From assembly GCA_903910205.1 (NCBI GenBank), contig CAIVYW010000484.1:1-55496 (forward strand): a stretch of DNA of 55,496 nt. Reading direction: 5' to 3'. Numbering within the stretch: position 1 is the first letter of the stretch; every line of letters begins with the position of its first letter. Position numbers and translations under genes: made by a program. The stretch comes from an uncultured Methylococcaceae bacterium (lineage in GTDB: Bacteria > Pseudomonadota > Gammaproteobacteria > Methylococcales > Methylomonadaceae). The notes beneath the pieces were generated by a model, which saw only the letters and a list, made by a program, of their open reading frames with translations, was not told the DNA's origin and ran no database searches. Below, one piece after another: positions 20,526-30,738 of this stretch.

Positions 20526-21383
20526 ATGAAACTACTTATTGTAAGCGCCCTCTCTGGCTCAGGTAAAAGTGTCGCATTAGATACTTTGGAAGACTGTGGT
20601 TATTATTGTATAGATAATTTACCGGTTACCTTACTTGAGGATTTTATTAATCATGTTATGTTGGCAGATCAGCAAACCTATGCCAAGACAGCCGTAGGTA
20701 TAGATGCTAGAAACCAAAGTAAAAGCCTCGCTAATTTCTCTGAGATTTTAAAATCAATTCGTGGAAAAGGCATTGATTGTGAAATTATTTTCATGCAGGC
20801 CGAAGAAGCGACATTATTAAAGCGCTATAGCGAAACACGCCGCAGACATCCTTTAACGGATTTAAATACACCGTTAAAAGAAGCATTGAAAATTGAAAAA
20901 GAAATGCTGATACCGGTTGCAAAACATGCCAATGTCGTCATTGATACCAGTCGAACTCACTATCACCAGTTACGAGAATTGATAAGAGATCAAATAGGCG
21001 AACGTGACTACCAACATATTTCTTTACAATTTCAATCATTTGGCTTTAAACACGGCGTACCGTTAGATGCTGATTTTGTTTTTGATGCACGCAGCTTACC
21101 TAACCCTTATTGGATGCCAGAATTACGCGCCTTAACAGGAAAAGATCAAGCCGTCGTCGATTTCCTTACTGAACAACCGCTAGTCGATGAATTTTTTCAA
21201 GATATCAGTGTGTTTCTTGAACGCTGGATTCCGCGATTTGAGGCAGAAGGACGTAGCTATCTGACTATTGCTATAGGCTGTACAGGCGGCCAACATCGTT
21301 CAGTTTATTTAGTTGAAGCACTCATTAAACGTTTTAATAGCCCTATCGTTAATATCATTGTCCGTCACAGGGAAATACAATAA
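20526..21383 (+). CDS. rapZ: RNase adapter RapZ
   Basis: SGSGKS, YCIDNLP, ETRRRHPL, GCTGGQHRSV. Confidence 0.96.
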   Translation: MKLLIVSALSGSGKSVALDTLEDCGYYCIDNLPVTLLEDFINHVMLADQQTYAKTAVGIDARNQSKSLANFSEILKSIRGKGIDCEIIFMQAEEATLLKRYSETRRRHPLTDLNTPLKEALKIEKEMLIPVAKHANVVIDTSRTHYHQLRELIRDQIGERDYQHISLQFQSFGFKHGVPLDADFVFDARSLPNPYWMPELRALTGKDQAVVDFLTEQPLVDEFFQDISVFLERWIPRFEAEGRSYLTIAIGCTGGQHRSVYLVEALIKRFNSPIVNIIVRHREIQ

Positions 21384-21449
21384 CAATCAATGAGCACTTA
21401 CATTTTGTGGCTTAATGTCAATAAGCATTACCGTAATTGACTGTCTTGC

Positions 21450-22577
21450 CTATTTAAAAGGTAAGTAAGTCTTTGCTACCTGCTTATAATTCAGCATCTC
21501 TTTTTGTTCTGAGTCTAAAAATTTTTGGATTGCTTTTTCATAGCGCTCATCCTTAAGCCAATGTGCAGAATAAGTCGTGACTGGCTCAAAACCTCTCGCA
21601 ATTTTATGTTCGCCTTGAGCGCCAGAATCAAAACGCTTTAAACCTCGCTCTATACAATAATCAATGCCTTGGTAATAACAGCTTTCAAAATGCAGGCTAT
21701 GATAGTCTTCGTAACACCCCCAATAACGCCCATATAAAGTATCATCTCCCACAAAACTTAAAGCCGCAGCGATAGGCTGTTCATCTTTAAGCGCTAGTAT
21801 TAATAATAATTGCTCACCCATGGTGGCAGCTATTTGTTTAAAAAATGCCAGATTCAAATAAGGCTGAGAATTTCTTTTCAAATACGTTAATGCGTAAAAC
21901 TGAAAGAATATTTGCCACTGTTGCTCACTAACATCTAGCCCCGTAATACGCACTAACTTAACGCCCTGCTCTTCTACTCGACGACGCTCACGCTTTAGCA
22001 TTTTTCGTTTACTGGCATTCATGGTACTCAAAAAATCATTGAAATCCGTATAGCCTTGATTAAACCATTGAAACTGAATACCCTCACGCACACTTAAACC
22101 TAAGGTTCGCAATTGCTCTACCTGAAGAAATTCAAGAAACAAACAGTGCCATGAAGAAATGTCTTGTTGTTTCGCCTGTTGCTGAATAAAATCCAACAAC
22201 AGACGCATAACATCCAGTGTATCAATACCTACTTGCACAACAAGTCTAGGCCCTTGACAAGGCGTAAACGGAATAGCACTCAGCCACTTTGGATAATAAT
22301 CCAAACCCTGCTGTTGATAAGCCTGCGCCCATGATTGATCAAAGACATATTCGCCCCAAGAATGTTGTTTAACATACATCGGTAAAATAGCGAGCAATTG
22401 TTTTTGCTCTATGACTAGCAAATGAGCGCCTGCCCAACCGCTATGCTCACAAACTGAACCACTTTGCTCTAATGCCAATAAAAACTCATGGCGCATAAAA
22501 GGATAAGCTGTGCCGGCGAGATTATTCCAAGCGTCAGCATCAACTTGAGTCATGCTGTGGATTTGTTTTACTTCCAT
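21450..22577 (-). CDS. FemAB-like GNAT family protein (DUF482)
   Basis: HSWGEYVFD, YYPKW..AIPFTP, LYGRYWG, GAQGEHK. Confidence 0.9.
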   Translation of the reverse strand: MEVKQIHSMTQVDADAWNNLAGTAYPFMRHEFLLALEQSGSVCEHSGWAGAHLLVIEQKQLLAILPMYVKQHSWGEYVFDQSWAQAYQQQGLDYYPKWLSAIPFTPCQGPRLVVQVGIDTLDVMRLLLDFIQQQAKQQDISSWHCLFLEFLQVEQLRTLGLSVREGIQFQWFNQGYTDFNDFLSTMNASKRKMLKRERRRVEEQGVKLVRITGLDVSEQQWQIFFQFYALTYLKRNSQPYLNLAFFKQIAATMGEQLLLILALKDEQPIAAALSFVGDDTLYGRYWGCYEDYHSLHFESCYYQGIDYCIERGLKRFDSGAQGEHKIARGFEPVTTYSAHWLKDERYEKAIQKFLDSEQKEMLNYKQVAKTYLPFK

Positions 22578-22629
22578 TTCTAAAACCAGTACAGTTGAAA
22601 ACGACAGAATATCATCAATTAATTATACA

Positions 22630-23226
22630 ATGAGCCATAAACCTTTTTCTCAAGCCTGTGAAAATAACAAAACCCCTATTTTAGAGATCATTCGCCACGT
22701 TTTTGCAAACACTGGCTATGTTTTTGAAATAGGTAGCGGCACCGGTCAACACGCCTGTTATTTCGCCAAACACTTAGCACATCTAATCTGGCAACCTACC
22801 GATAAACCTGAGAATATACAGGGCATTAACTTATGGCAAGAAACAAGTGCTCTGGCCAATTTAAAGCCGGCAATAGCCTTGAACATCACCGATGAAATAT
22901 GGCCCTGTGACACTATAGAAGCAGCATTTACCGCTAATACGCTGCACATCATGAGCGAACAAGAAGTACAGCTAGGCTTTGATCAACTTTGTAAACGATT
23001 AACCCCCAAGGCCTTACTGTGTATTTACGGTCCATTTAACTATAATGGCAACTACAGCAGTGACAGTAACGCTCAATTTGATAGCTGGCTTAAAAGCCAA
23101 AATCCCTTAAGCGGTATTAAAAACAGTGAAGATATTGTATCGTTAGCAGCAGACCGAGGACTTAGTTTAAGCCACGATTTCGACATGCCGGCTAATAACC
23201 AGCTACTTGTTTTACAAAACAGCTAA
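22630..23226 (+). CDS. DUF938 family SAM-dependent methyltransferase
   Basis: KPFSQACENNK, EIGSGTGQH, YGPF, MPANN; start moved to ATG 22630. Confidence 0.9.
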   Translation: MSHKPFSQACENNKTPILEIIRHVFANTGYVFEIGSGTGQHACYFAKHLAHLIWQPTDKPENIQGINLWQETSALANLKPAIALNITDEIWPCDTIEAAFTANTLHIMSEQEVQLGFDQLCKRLTPKALLCIYGPFNYNGNYSSDSNAQFDSWLKSQNPLSGIKNSEDIVSLAADRGLSLSHDFDMPANNQLLVLQNS

Positions 23227-23333
23227 CTACGATAATACGCGTATTGCCAATGATCTCATTTATATTGAAAATATCAGTTAAAGTGATCAGCTGTTCTAAA
23301 TAAATCCATTTAACCTCAACAGAGATTTCAATT

Positions 23334-23819
23334 ATGACTTTTACAACCGCAGCACTTTGTGACGCCTATTCTGGTAAAGATCATTTTCAGATTGCCGAAT
23401 CACTGTTTATGTCCTTTGGCGGCAACGCCATGTTTTCTGGTCAGATCACTACCTTAAAAACTTTTGAAGATAATGTCTTAGTCAAAAGCATATTAGAAGA
23501 AAAGGTGCAGAACCGCGTGTTAGTGATTGATGGCGGCGGCTCTCATCGCTGTGCATTGATAGATGCCAACTTGGCGGCAATGGCGATCGAAAATGGTTGG
23601 CAAGGCATCGTCATCTATGGCTGTCTTCGTAATGCCGATATTATAGAGACTATGCCTATCGGCATACGCGCACTGCACACGCATCCCTTGAAAAGTCATA
23701 AAAAAGATCATGGAGATCGCGACTTACTTGTCTCTTTCGCGGGTGTCAATTTCAAAAAAGATTATTATTTATATGCCGATAGTGACGGAATTATCGTATC
23801 GGCAACGATCTTGAGTTAA
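23334..23819 (+). CDS. rraA: RraA/MenG family protein (RNase E regulator / HMG aldolase-like)
   Basis: TAALCD, FEDNVLV, VLVIDGGGS, YADSDGI. Confidence 0.85.
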   Translation: MTFTTAALCDAYSGKDHFQIAESLFMSFGGNAMFSGQITTLKTFEDNVLVKSILEEKVQNRVLVIDGGGSHRCALIDANLAAMAIENGWQGIVIYGCLRNADIIETMPIGIRALHTHPLKSHKKDHGDRDLLVSFAGVNFKKDYYLYADSDGIIVSATILS

Positions 23820-23854
23820 AATGCACCTCATATACCAACTAATGAAGTCAAGAT

Positions 23855-24814
23855 ATGCAAATTTTACTCGCTAACCCCCGTGGATTCTGTGCCGGTGTTG
23901 ACCGTGCCATAGAAATTGTAGACCAAGCCATCGAAGCATTCGGGGCGCCCATTTATGTTCGTCATGAAGTAGTACACAACCGTACCGTTGTTGATGGCCT
24001 TAAAGAAAAAGGTGCTATTTTTATTGAAGAACTCACCGATGTACCGGTCGGCTCTTATTTAATTTTCAGTGCGCATGGTGTTTCTAAACAAGTACAGCAA
24101 GAGGCCAAAGAGCGTAAATTAACCGTCTTTGATGCGACCTGCCCCTTAGTCACTAAAGTACATATACAAGTGGCTAAGCATGCAAAATCAGACCGTGAAG
24201 TTATACTCATCGGTCATGCCGGTCATCCTGAAGTAGAAGGCACCATGGGGCAATATGAAAAATGCACCGATAATGGTGGTATTTATTTAGTAGAAACACC
24301 GGATGATGTCAACAATTTAGTCGTTAATAACCCCGACAATCTCGCTTATGTCACGCAAACGACCTTATCAATGACTGATACCAAAATCATGGTTGATGCC
24401 CTGAGAGCTCGATTTAAGTCTATAGAAGAACAAAAGAAAGACGACATTTGTTATGCGACTCAAAACCGCCAGGATGCCGTCTATGAGTTAGCAAAAACCG
24501 CAGATACTATTTTGGTGGTTGGCTCTTTCAATAGCTCTAACTCCAACCGTCTACGTGAGATTGCCGAACAACTCGGTAAAAAGGCCTATTTAATTGATAC
24601 CGCCAGTGATATGCAAAAAAGTTGGTTTGAGGGTGTCAACACCGTCGGTGTGACGGCAGGCGCTTCAGCACCTGAAGTCTTAGTACAAGAAGTCATTAAT
24701 CAATTAAAACAATGGGGCGGAAAATCAACCATTGAAATTCAAGGTATAGAAGAAAAAGTGGTCTTTTCTTTACCCAAAGGCTTAAAGAAAGAAAAAGACT
24801 TGAGTGCACACTGA
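23855..24814 (+). CDS. ispH: 4-hydroxy-3-methylbut-2-enyl diphosphate reductase
   Basis: [35 protein letters not shown]. Confidence 0.98.
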   Translation: MQILLANPRGFCAGVDRAIEIVDQAIEAFGAPIYVRHEVVHNRTVVDGLKEKGAIFIEELTDVPVGSYLIFSAHGVSKQVQQEAKERKLTVFDATCPLVTKVHIQVAKHAKSDREVILIGHAGHPEVEGTMGQYEKCTDNGGIYLVETPDDVNNLVVNNPDNLAYVTQTTLSMTDTKIMVDALRARFKSIEEQKKDDICYATQNRQDAVYELAKTADTILVVGSFNSSNSNRLREIAEQLGKKAYLIDTASDMQKSWFEGVNTVGVTAGASAPEVLVQEVINQLKQWGGKSTIEIQGIEEKVVFSLPKGLKKEKDLSAH

Positions 24815-25205
24815 GCTTGATAGTTTACGCCTAGATAAATGGTTATGGGTTGCGCGTTTTTATAAAACGCGCAAGTTAGCAGCCGATGCCATCGCGGGTG
24901 GTAAAGTTCATTTAAACCAGCAACGCACCAAACCCGGCAAAGACGTTAAAATAGCCGCTCTTTTGACGATATCTAAAGATAACTGCCGCTGGGATATAAC
25001 CATCATCGCCCTTTGCGCTCAACGTCGCTCTGCCAAAGAGGCCGTTTTACTTTATGAAGAAAGCCCTGAAAGTTTTGAAAAGCGCCAACAGCAGCTCCTA
25101 TTTCAGCGCACACAACGCGAACTCTTTGATTTTAGTGGTCACGATCATAAGCCTAATAAAAAACAACGACGTTTAATACATCAATTTAAGACGACTTCTG
25201 AATAG
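24804..25205 (+). CDS. hslR: S4-domain heat shock protein Hsp15
   Basis: [15 protein letters not shown] and KPNKKQRR; GTG start overlaps the ispH end. Confidence 0.9.
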   Translation: MHTELDSLRLDKWLWVARFYKTRKLAADAIAGGKVHLNQQRTKPGKDVKIAALLTISKDNCRWDITIIALCAQRRSAKEAVLLYEESPESFEKRQQQLLFQRTQRELFDFSGHDHKPNKKQRRLIHQFKTTSE

Positions 25206-25232
25206 ATCGGCTAATTTTATATTAAAATAAAC

Positions 25233-25354
25233 GCCTTCCACCTTAAGGCTAAGCCGTTCGTGGTAAGCTTGTAACATCATGAACGGCTTAAGCCTTCAAA
25301 AAGCTCAGGGTTAACAGTTAAGCCTAGCCTCTGTGCTGCCTTAAGTTGGTAGTC
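25233..25354. mobile_element. degenerate MITE-like shell containing a CCGTTCG..CTCAGGG-type REP
   Basis: imperfect IR CCACCTTAAGGC / GCCTTAAGTTGG; internal hairpin TAAGCCGTTC...GAACGGCTTA. Confidence 0.5.
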
Positions 25355-25404
25355 ATTTTCATTATGATAATAATAAAAAACATAACCTCACTAAGGAGAT
25401 AAAA

Positions 25405-26115
25405 ATGTCTTTGCTAGCCCCTTTTACCAAAAAATCAAAACTTAATGCCACCATAAAACAAACAGAAGCAGCGCGTAAGAGCGATGGCAATACTCAAGCG
25501 GGGCTTTTTAAAGCAGCCTATCAAGCTTATGCTGAAATCATACAAGACGATGCCTTACGTGCCGAAACCTTATATCATTGGGGCTTTGCTTTATTTCATC
25601 AAGCCAGCACCCAATCTGGAGAGGCAGCCGCTAGTCTTTATCAAGACGCCATTGAAAAGTTTGCTTTTTGTATGTTGATTAATCCCAACTATTTAGCTGC
25701 CGCTGTTAATAGTGGTGTTGCTTATATGGATTTGGCTAGACTTAATCAGGCTAAAGCAGATGACCCATTATATCTATCCGCTAAAAAGCAATTTGAAATA
25801 GCCAATAGCATTCAAGCAGGTACTGCATCGTATAATTTAGCCTGTATTTACGGTTTACAGGGTAAAGTTGATGAGTGCTTAGCGGCATTAGAAAACGCCA
25901 GAATTAAAGTAACGCTACCGGCTATTAACGATATTTTAAATGATCCTGATATGAGTACGGTAAAAAACCAAGCGTGGTTTACGGCCTTCATAGACAGTTT
26001 AAACCAAGATATTGTCGATGCTAAAACTAAAGCTGAAGCCGAAGTTGAGGCAAAAATTATCGCCGATGAACAAAAAAAGCTAAAAAAAGTATCCAAGGAT
26101 GATAATTATTACTAA
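25405..26115 (+). CDS. TPR-like repeat protein
   Basis: helical repeats with YHWG.AL and the terminal ASYNLACIY...DPDM motif; AAGGAG RBS. Confidence 0.75.
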   Translation: MSLLAPFTKKSKLNATIKQTEAARKSDGNTQAGLFKAAYQAYAEIIQDDALRAETLYHWGFALFHQASTQSGEAAASLYQDAIEKFAFCMLINPNYLAAAVNSGVAYMDLARLNQAKADDPLYLSAKKQFEIANSIQAGTASYNLACIYGLQGKVDECLAALENARIKVTLPAINDILNDPDMSTVKNQAWFTAFIDSLNQDIVDAKTKAEAEVEAKIIADEQKKLKKVSKDDNYY

Positions 26116-26173
26116 AAAAGCTCATCTCTACCACACCAAAATTAACCGCTAGCAGCAAACACTAGGAAAAAAG

Positions 26174-26821
26174 ATGGCGTATTTTACTCAATATATTGAA
26201 CTATTTTTACATCTCGATAAATCACTGAGTGCGGTAATCCAAACTTATGGATCAAGCACTTATATTATATTATTCATGGTGATTTTGTGTGAGACAGGCT
26301 TAGTCGTATTGCCTTTTTTACCGGGAGATTCATTGCTTTTTGCAGCAGGCGCTTTTGCAGCCAAAGGTGATATGGATATTACTACCTTATTTATAACGCT
26401 ATGTGTCGCCGCTGTATTAGGAGACTCTATCAATTATGAGCTAGGCCGATTAATCGGCCCTAAGATTGCCAAACAAGAAAAAAGTCGCTACATAAATAAA
26501 GAGCATATTGCCAAGACGCATCTGTTTTATGAAAAATATGGTGCAAAGACCATTATTATTGCCCGCTTCATCCCTATTATTCGTACCTTTGCACCGTTTG
26601 TGGCTGGACTAGGCTCTATGAGTTACAAAAAGTTCATTCAATACAATGTAATCGGTGGCATTGCTTGGATTGCTATCTGTTTATTTGCAGGCTACTTATT
26701 CGGCAATATCCCCTTAGTTAAGCAAAACTTTACTATGGTCATATTCGCTATCATTATCATCTCATTACTACCCGCCGTTATTGAATATATTCGACATCGA
26801 TCTATTGCCAAAGCAGCTTAA
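26174..26821 (+). CDS. DedA family membrane protein
   Basis: [14 protein letters not shown] and [16 protein letters not shown]. Confidence 0.94.
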   Translation: MAYFTQYIELFLHLDKSLSAVIQTYGSSTYIILFMVILCETGLVVLPFLPGDSLLFAAGAFAAKGDMDITTLFITLCVAAVLGDSINYELGRLIGPKIAKQEKSRYINKEHIAKTHLFYEKYGAKTIIIARFIPIIRTFAPFVAGLGSMSYKKFIQYNVIGGIAWIAICLFAGYLFGNIPLVKQNFTMVIFAIIIISLLPAVIEYIRHRSIAKAA

Positions 26822-26830
26822 TGATTAGTA

Positions 26831-26862
26831 GTAGGATGGGCAAAGCGTAGCGTGCCCATCCT
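26831..26862. repeat. GTAG-family REP
   Basis: GTAG followed by stem AGGATGGGCA/TGCCCATCCT between convergent genes. Confidence 0.75.
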
Positions 26863-26875
26863 TCCCGCCACATTG

Positions 26876-28768
26876 CTATAACTCTATACGAATACCCAGC
26901 TCAATAACACGATCTACCGGTATCTTAAAAAACTCTATAGCACTGGTTGAGTTATGAAATAGAAAGCCGAATAAAGCCCTACGCCATTTTGGCATAGGGC
27001 TTTTATTTCTAAAGGATAGTTGCTCACTACCTATGAAAAAAGAGGTGTTTTTAGGGTTAATATCCAAACCTTCCTTAGCACATAAATCTAAAGCACGACG
27101 TACGTCAGCAGTTTGTTTAAATCCGTAATACAACTTAACTCGGAAGAAATTCTTGTCATGGCCAAACGTCCTGATTTTTACTTGGTTTTCCTCATTAACG
27201 TAAGGATCATTAGTCGTTACAATAGTCAATACAATAATGCGTTCATGTAACACATGATTATGCTCCAAATTGTGTAATAGCACTTGAGGCACACCGTGCA
27301 AGCTTCGCGTTAAATAAATCGCCGTACCTTCAACTTTAACGAGATTACCGTTTACTTTTTCTTCTAAATCTTCAAATAAGGTTTTTCTTTCATCCATATA
27401 CTGTGTTAATAAAGCCCTGCCTTTGATCCAAGTTGTTAATATTAAAAACAACACAGCGCCTACTACTAAGGGCAACCAACCCCCTGTTGGAATCTTTAAA
27501 CTATTAGACGAAATAAACACTGCATCTATAGTTATAAAAAACGATAGAAATGCCATGCTAGTATATTTATTCCATTGCCATAAGGCTTGAATGACAATAA
27601 AAGACAATATGGTGGTGGCCAACATCGTTCCAGTAACGGCCAAGCCATACGCTGAAGCCAAAGCCGTTGACGATTTAAAAGTAAGTACCAGTATAAAAAC
27701 AGCCACCATTAACAGCCAATTAACCGCTGGCACATAAACCTGCCCTTGCTCCTGTCCTGAGGTATGTAAAATAGTCATGCGTGGGCAATAGCCTAATTGT
27801 ACCGCCTGCTTAGTCATAGAAAAGGCACCCGAAATAACGGCCTGCGAGGCAATAACGGTTGCCAATGCGGCCAATATAAGCAATGGGTATAGTGCCCAAG
27901 TAGGTGCCAGCAAAAAAAATGGATTTTCTATGGCATCAGGATGCAAGATTAAAAGCGCACCTTGCCCAAAATAATTAAGTAGCAAAGCAGGAAACACAAA
28001 ACCAAACCACGCATAACGGATAGGTTTCAAACCAAAATGCCCCATATCGGCATACAGTGCTTCTGCACCGGTGATGGCTAGCACCACTGCACCCATAATA
28101 AAAAAACTATGCCAGCCATATTCCAGCAGCAAAGATAAGCCATAATAAGGATTAACCGCCGTCAACACTTCTGGCATTTCAATAATATTCATGACCCCCA
28201 TCACCGCCAGCAAGGCAAACCAAACACACATAATGGGCGCAAACAATTTACCCATCTTGCCGGAGCCTTTAGATTGTATGATAAATAACACAGCCAACAC
28301 CGCGATGGTAATGGGCAGGATATATTCGACCAATTGAGGCGCAACAACCTGCAAACCTTCGATAGCACTTAACACTGAGATAGCGGGCGTAATAATACTG
28401 TCACCATAAAACAGCACCGTACCCAATAAGCCTAGGGTAATAATAAAACTAATTTTTCTAGTACTACCCTTTTCACCTTTAGTCCCTTCTAAGGCCAGTG
28501 CCGTTAAGGCCATGATACCCCCCTCACCTTTATTATCAGCTCGCATAATAAAGACAGCGTATTTAATAGTGACGACCAGTGTGAGTGTCCAAAAAACTAA
28601 AGACAACGCACCAAAGACATGCAGCTTATCGATGGTTAAGCCGCTTAAAAAAACTTCTTTGAGTGCATATAAAGGACTGGTACCAATATCACCAAAGACG
28701 ACGCCAATAGCCCCCATAGACAGGCCGGCGAGTTGTTTTTTGGTTTGATTTTGTGTGCTTGATGACAT
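26876..28768 (-). CDS. kup: potassium uptake transporter Kup
   Basis: GDIGTSPLY, ADNKGEGG, GAEALYADMGHF. Confidence 0.97.
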   Translation of the reverse strand: MSSSTQNQTKKQLAGLSMGAIGVVFGDIGTSPLYALKEVFLSGLTIDKLHVFGALSLVFWTLTLVVTIKYAVFIMRADNKGEGGIMALTALALEGTKGEKGSTRKISFIITLGLLGTVLFYGDSIITPAISVLSAIEGLQVVAPQLVEYILPITIAVLAVLFIIQSKGSGKMGKLFAPIMCVWFALLAVMGVMNIIEMPEVLTAVNPYYGLSLLLEYGWHSFFIMGAVVLAITGAEALYADMGHFGLKPIRYAWFGFVFPALLLNYFGQGALLILHPDAIENPFFLLAPTWALYPLLILAALATVIASQAVISGAFSMTKQAVQLGYCPRMTILHTSGQEQGQVYVPAVNWLLMVAVFILVLTFKSSTALASAYGLAVTGTMLATTILSFIVIQALWQWNKYTSMAFLSFFITIDAVFISSNSLKIPTGGWLPLVVGAVLFLILTTWIKGRALLTQYMDERKTLFEDLEEKVNGNLVKVEGTAIYLTRSLHGVPQVLLHNLEHNHVLHERIIVLTIVTTNDPYVNEENQVKIRTFGHDKNFFRVKLYYGFKQTADVRRALDLCAKEGLDINPKNTSFFIGSEQLSFRNKSPMPKWRRALFGFLFHNSTSAIEFFKIPVDRVIELGIRIEL

Positions 28769-28949
28769 TAAAACGAGCCTAATATTTACGTTCTTTTAAC
28801 AGAACAGCGAATCATTAATAAGTGGAGTGATCACATCGTGCTAAATCATTACTTAAATAGCTTACAACCGCAAACACGCTGAATATAACTATTTAAAACT
28901 CTTAAGTAGCCATAAATAGTGTTTTTAAATTGACTTCAGAAACTTCGAT

Positions 28950-30431
28950 TTAAAAATAACGCCCATTAATTAAAAAGTGAGCAACAATACTTCCTGCATA
29001 ACCTAAAGCAATAACGGGCATCCATTTTAAGTGACTGGTAAAGGTATAAATACCCTTAGCTTGCCCCATTAAACCCACCCCTGCAGCTGAACCAATTGCT
29101 AACATACTTCCACCTACACCGGCAGTCAACGTAACTAACAGCCACTGACCTTGAGAAATATCCGGAGACATCGTGAGCACAGACAACATAATAGTACCAT
29201 TGTCGACAAATGCAGAAGCAATGCCTACCAAAATATTTGCCAGAGTAGGGTCAATACTGCCATAAAGATGATGAGAAGCCACACTTAAATAGCCGATAAA
29301 ACTTAAACCTCCCACTCCCACCATGACACCATAAAAGAATAGCAGAGTATCCCACTCAAGATTAGCTACTTTCTGAAAAATATCAAACGGCAACTCATTA
29401 ACAAGTGTCTTTTTGACTTCTAGTTCTTTATGGTCTTTGTCTATCAAAGCATCAGTGTAATTAATCTTAATATCAGACAAATCCATAGGCATTGAAACAA
29501 GATAAAATTTACGAGTTTTTTGTAAATAATAACTAAAAAACTTCAAATAGGTTAACCCTAACATCATGCCGGCTGCGGGTGGCAGGCTCAGGAAATTTTC
29601 AAAACAAGCTGAAGTAACAATAGTTAATGCAAATAATAAAATAATAACCCAGCCTCCCCTTTGCATAGTTTGGGCTTCCATTACAGCAGAGGGTCGCTCT
29701 ATAGGAATAAAGAAATGCATAATAGCGGCAGGGATGACAAAATTAATAATAGCGGGTATCAACAAAGTGAAGAAGTCTGAAAAAGGCACTACCCCTTTTT
29801 GCCAAACTAGTAAGGTTGTAATATCGCCAAATGGGCTAAATGACCCCCCTGCATTAGAAGCAACCACGACATTAATACAAGATAAGGTAACAAATTGCCG
29901 ATTATCCTTACCCATAGCCAAAATAACAGATCCCATTAACAAAGCTGTTGTTAAATTATTACAACCAGCCGAAATAAAAAATGATTGGAAGCCAGTAATC
30001 CAAAATAATTGCCTATAAGTAAAATTCTTACTTAACAACCATACCCGTAAACTATCAAATACACCTCTGTCTTCCATGGCATTCAAATAAGTCATCGAAA
30101 CCATAATAAATAAAAACAGTTCGGCATAACTTTCAAGACAAGAGCGGAATGCTAGCTCTGCTTGCTCACTCATGCCGTCACTAGCATAAACGCTTGCAAT
30201 AAGTATCCAGATAAGACTAGCAGCAAAAACCATAGGTTTGGATTTTTTTAACTCAGTAACCTCCTCCGTCATGGCTAAAATGTAAGCTACGGCAAAAATA
30301 ATCAAGGCTAAATAACCCGCCCAATGCTGAGTTAAATCAACTGGTTTTATTGAAACAAGCGGACTAATTCCTTCAGTAGCCCATGATAAGGATGGCACAA
30401 AAAAAATCAATAATACCGCACTGTATTTCAT
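28950..30431 (-). CDS. NhaD-family Na+/H+ antiporter-like protein (paralogue B)
   Basis: LKKSKPM, MTYLNAMEDR, FSPFGDITT, WDTLLFFYG, GSAAGV; probable start MKYSAV at 30431. Confidence 0.88.
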   Translation of the reverse strand: MKYSAVLLIFFVPSLSWATEGISPLVSIKPVDLTQHWAGYLALIIFAVAYILAMTEEVTELKKSKPMVFAASLIWILIASVYASDGMSEQAELAFRSCLESYAELFLFIMVSMTYLNAMEDRGVFDSLRVWLLSKNFTYRQLFWITGFQSFFISAGCNNLTTALLMGSVILAMGKDNRQFVTLSCINVVVASNAGGSFSPFGDITTLLVWQKGVVPFSDFFTLLIPAIINFVIPAAIMHFFIPIERPSAVMEAQTMQRGGWVIILLFALTIVTSACFENFLSLPPAAGMMLGLTYLKFFSYYLQKTRKFYLVSMPMDLSDIKINYTDALIDKDHKELEVKKTLVNELPFDIFQKVANLEWDTLLFFYGVMVGVGGLSFIGYLSVASHHLYGSIDPTLANILVGIASAFVDNGTIMLSVLTMSPDISQGQWLLVTLTAGVGGSMLAIGSAAGVGLMGQAKGIYTFTSHLKWMPVIALGYAGSIVAHFLINGRYF

Positions 30432-30600
30432 AAAGATTGATTGCTTAACTATCTTAAAAAATCGCTTCGCTGTGAAACCAGTAGCTGCTACGTGAGTTTT
30501 AGTCAATAAAGCGAGTTTAATATCAAATAATACGCAGACACCACCTAATAAAATTGAACTTAGGAATGAGCACAAAATAAGGTAGTTAAGTAACATTGAG

Positions 30601-30626
30601 CAGCCCCCATTGAAAAATGGGGGCTG
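30601..30626. promoter_or_regulatory. strong GC hairpin between the two nhaD-like genes
   Basis: perfect 10-bp stem CAGCCCCCAT/ATGGGGGCTG; no U-tract after it on the coding strand. Confidence 0.5.
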
Positions 30627-30738
30627 GGCGGATTTTTAAAATCATAGTTGCCGAAGTTATTTCGTGCTCGTTCCTTAAAAGGGTATCAACTAAAAAAACA
30701 ATCAAATTCATTTGCATCTCATAAATAGGTATATACAT

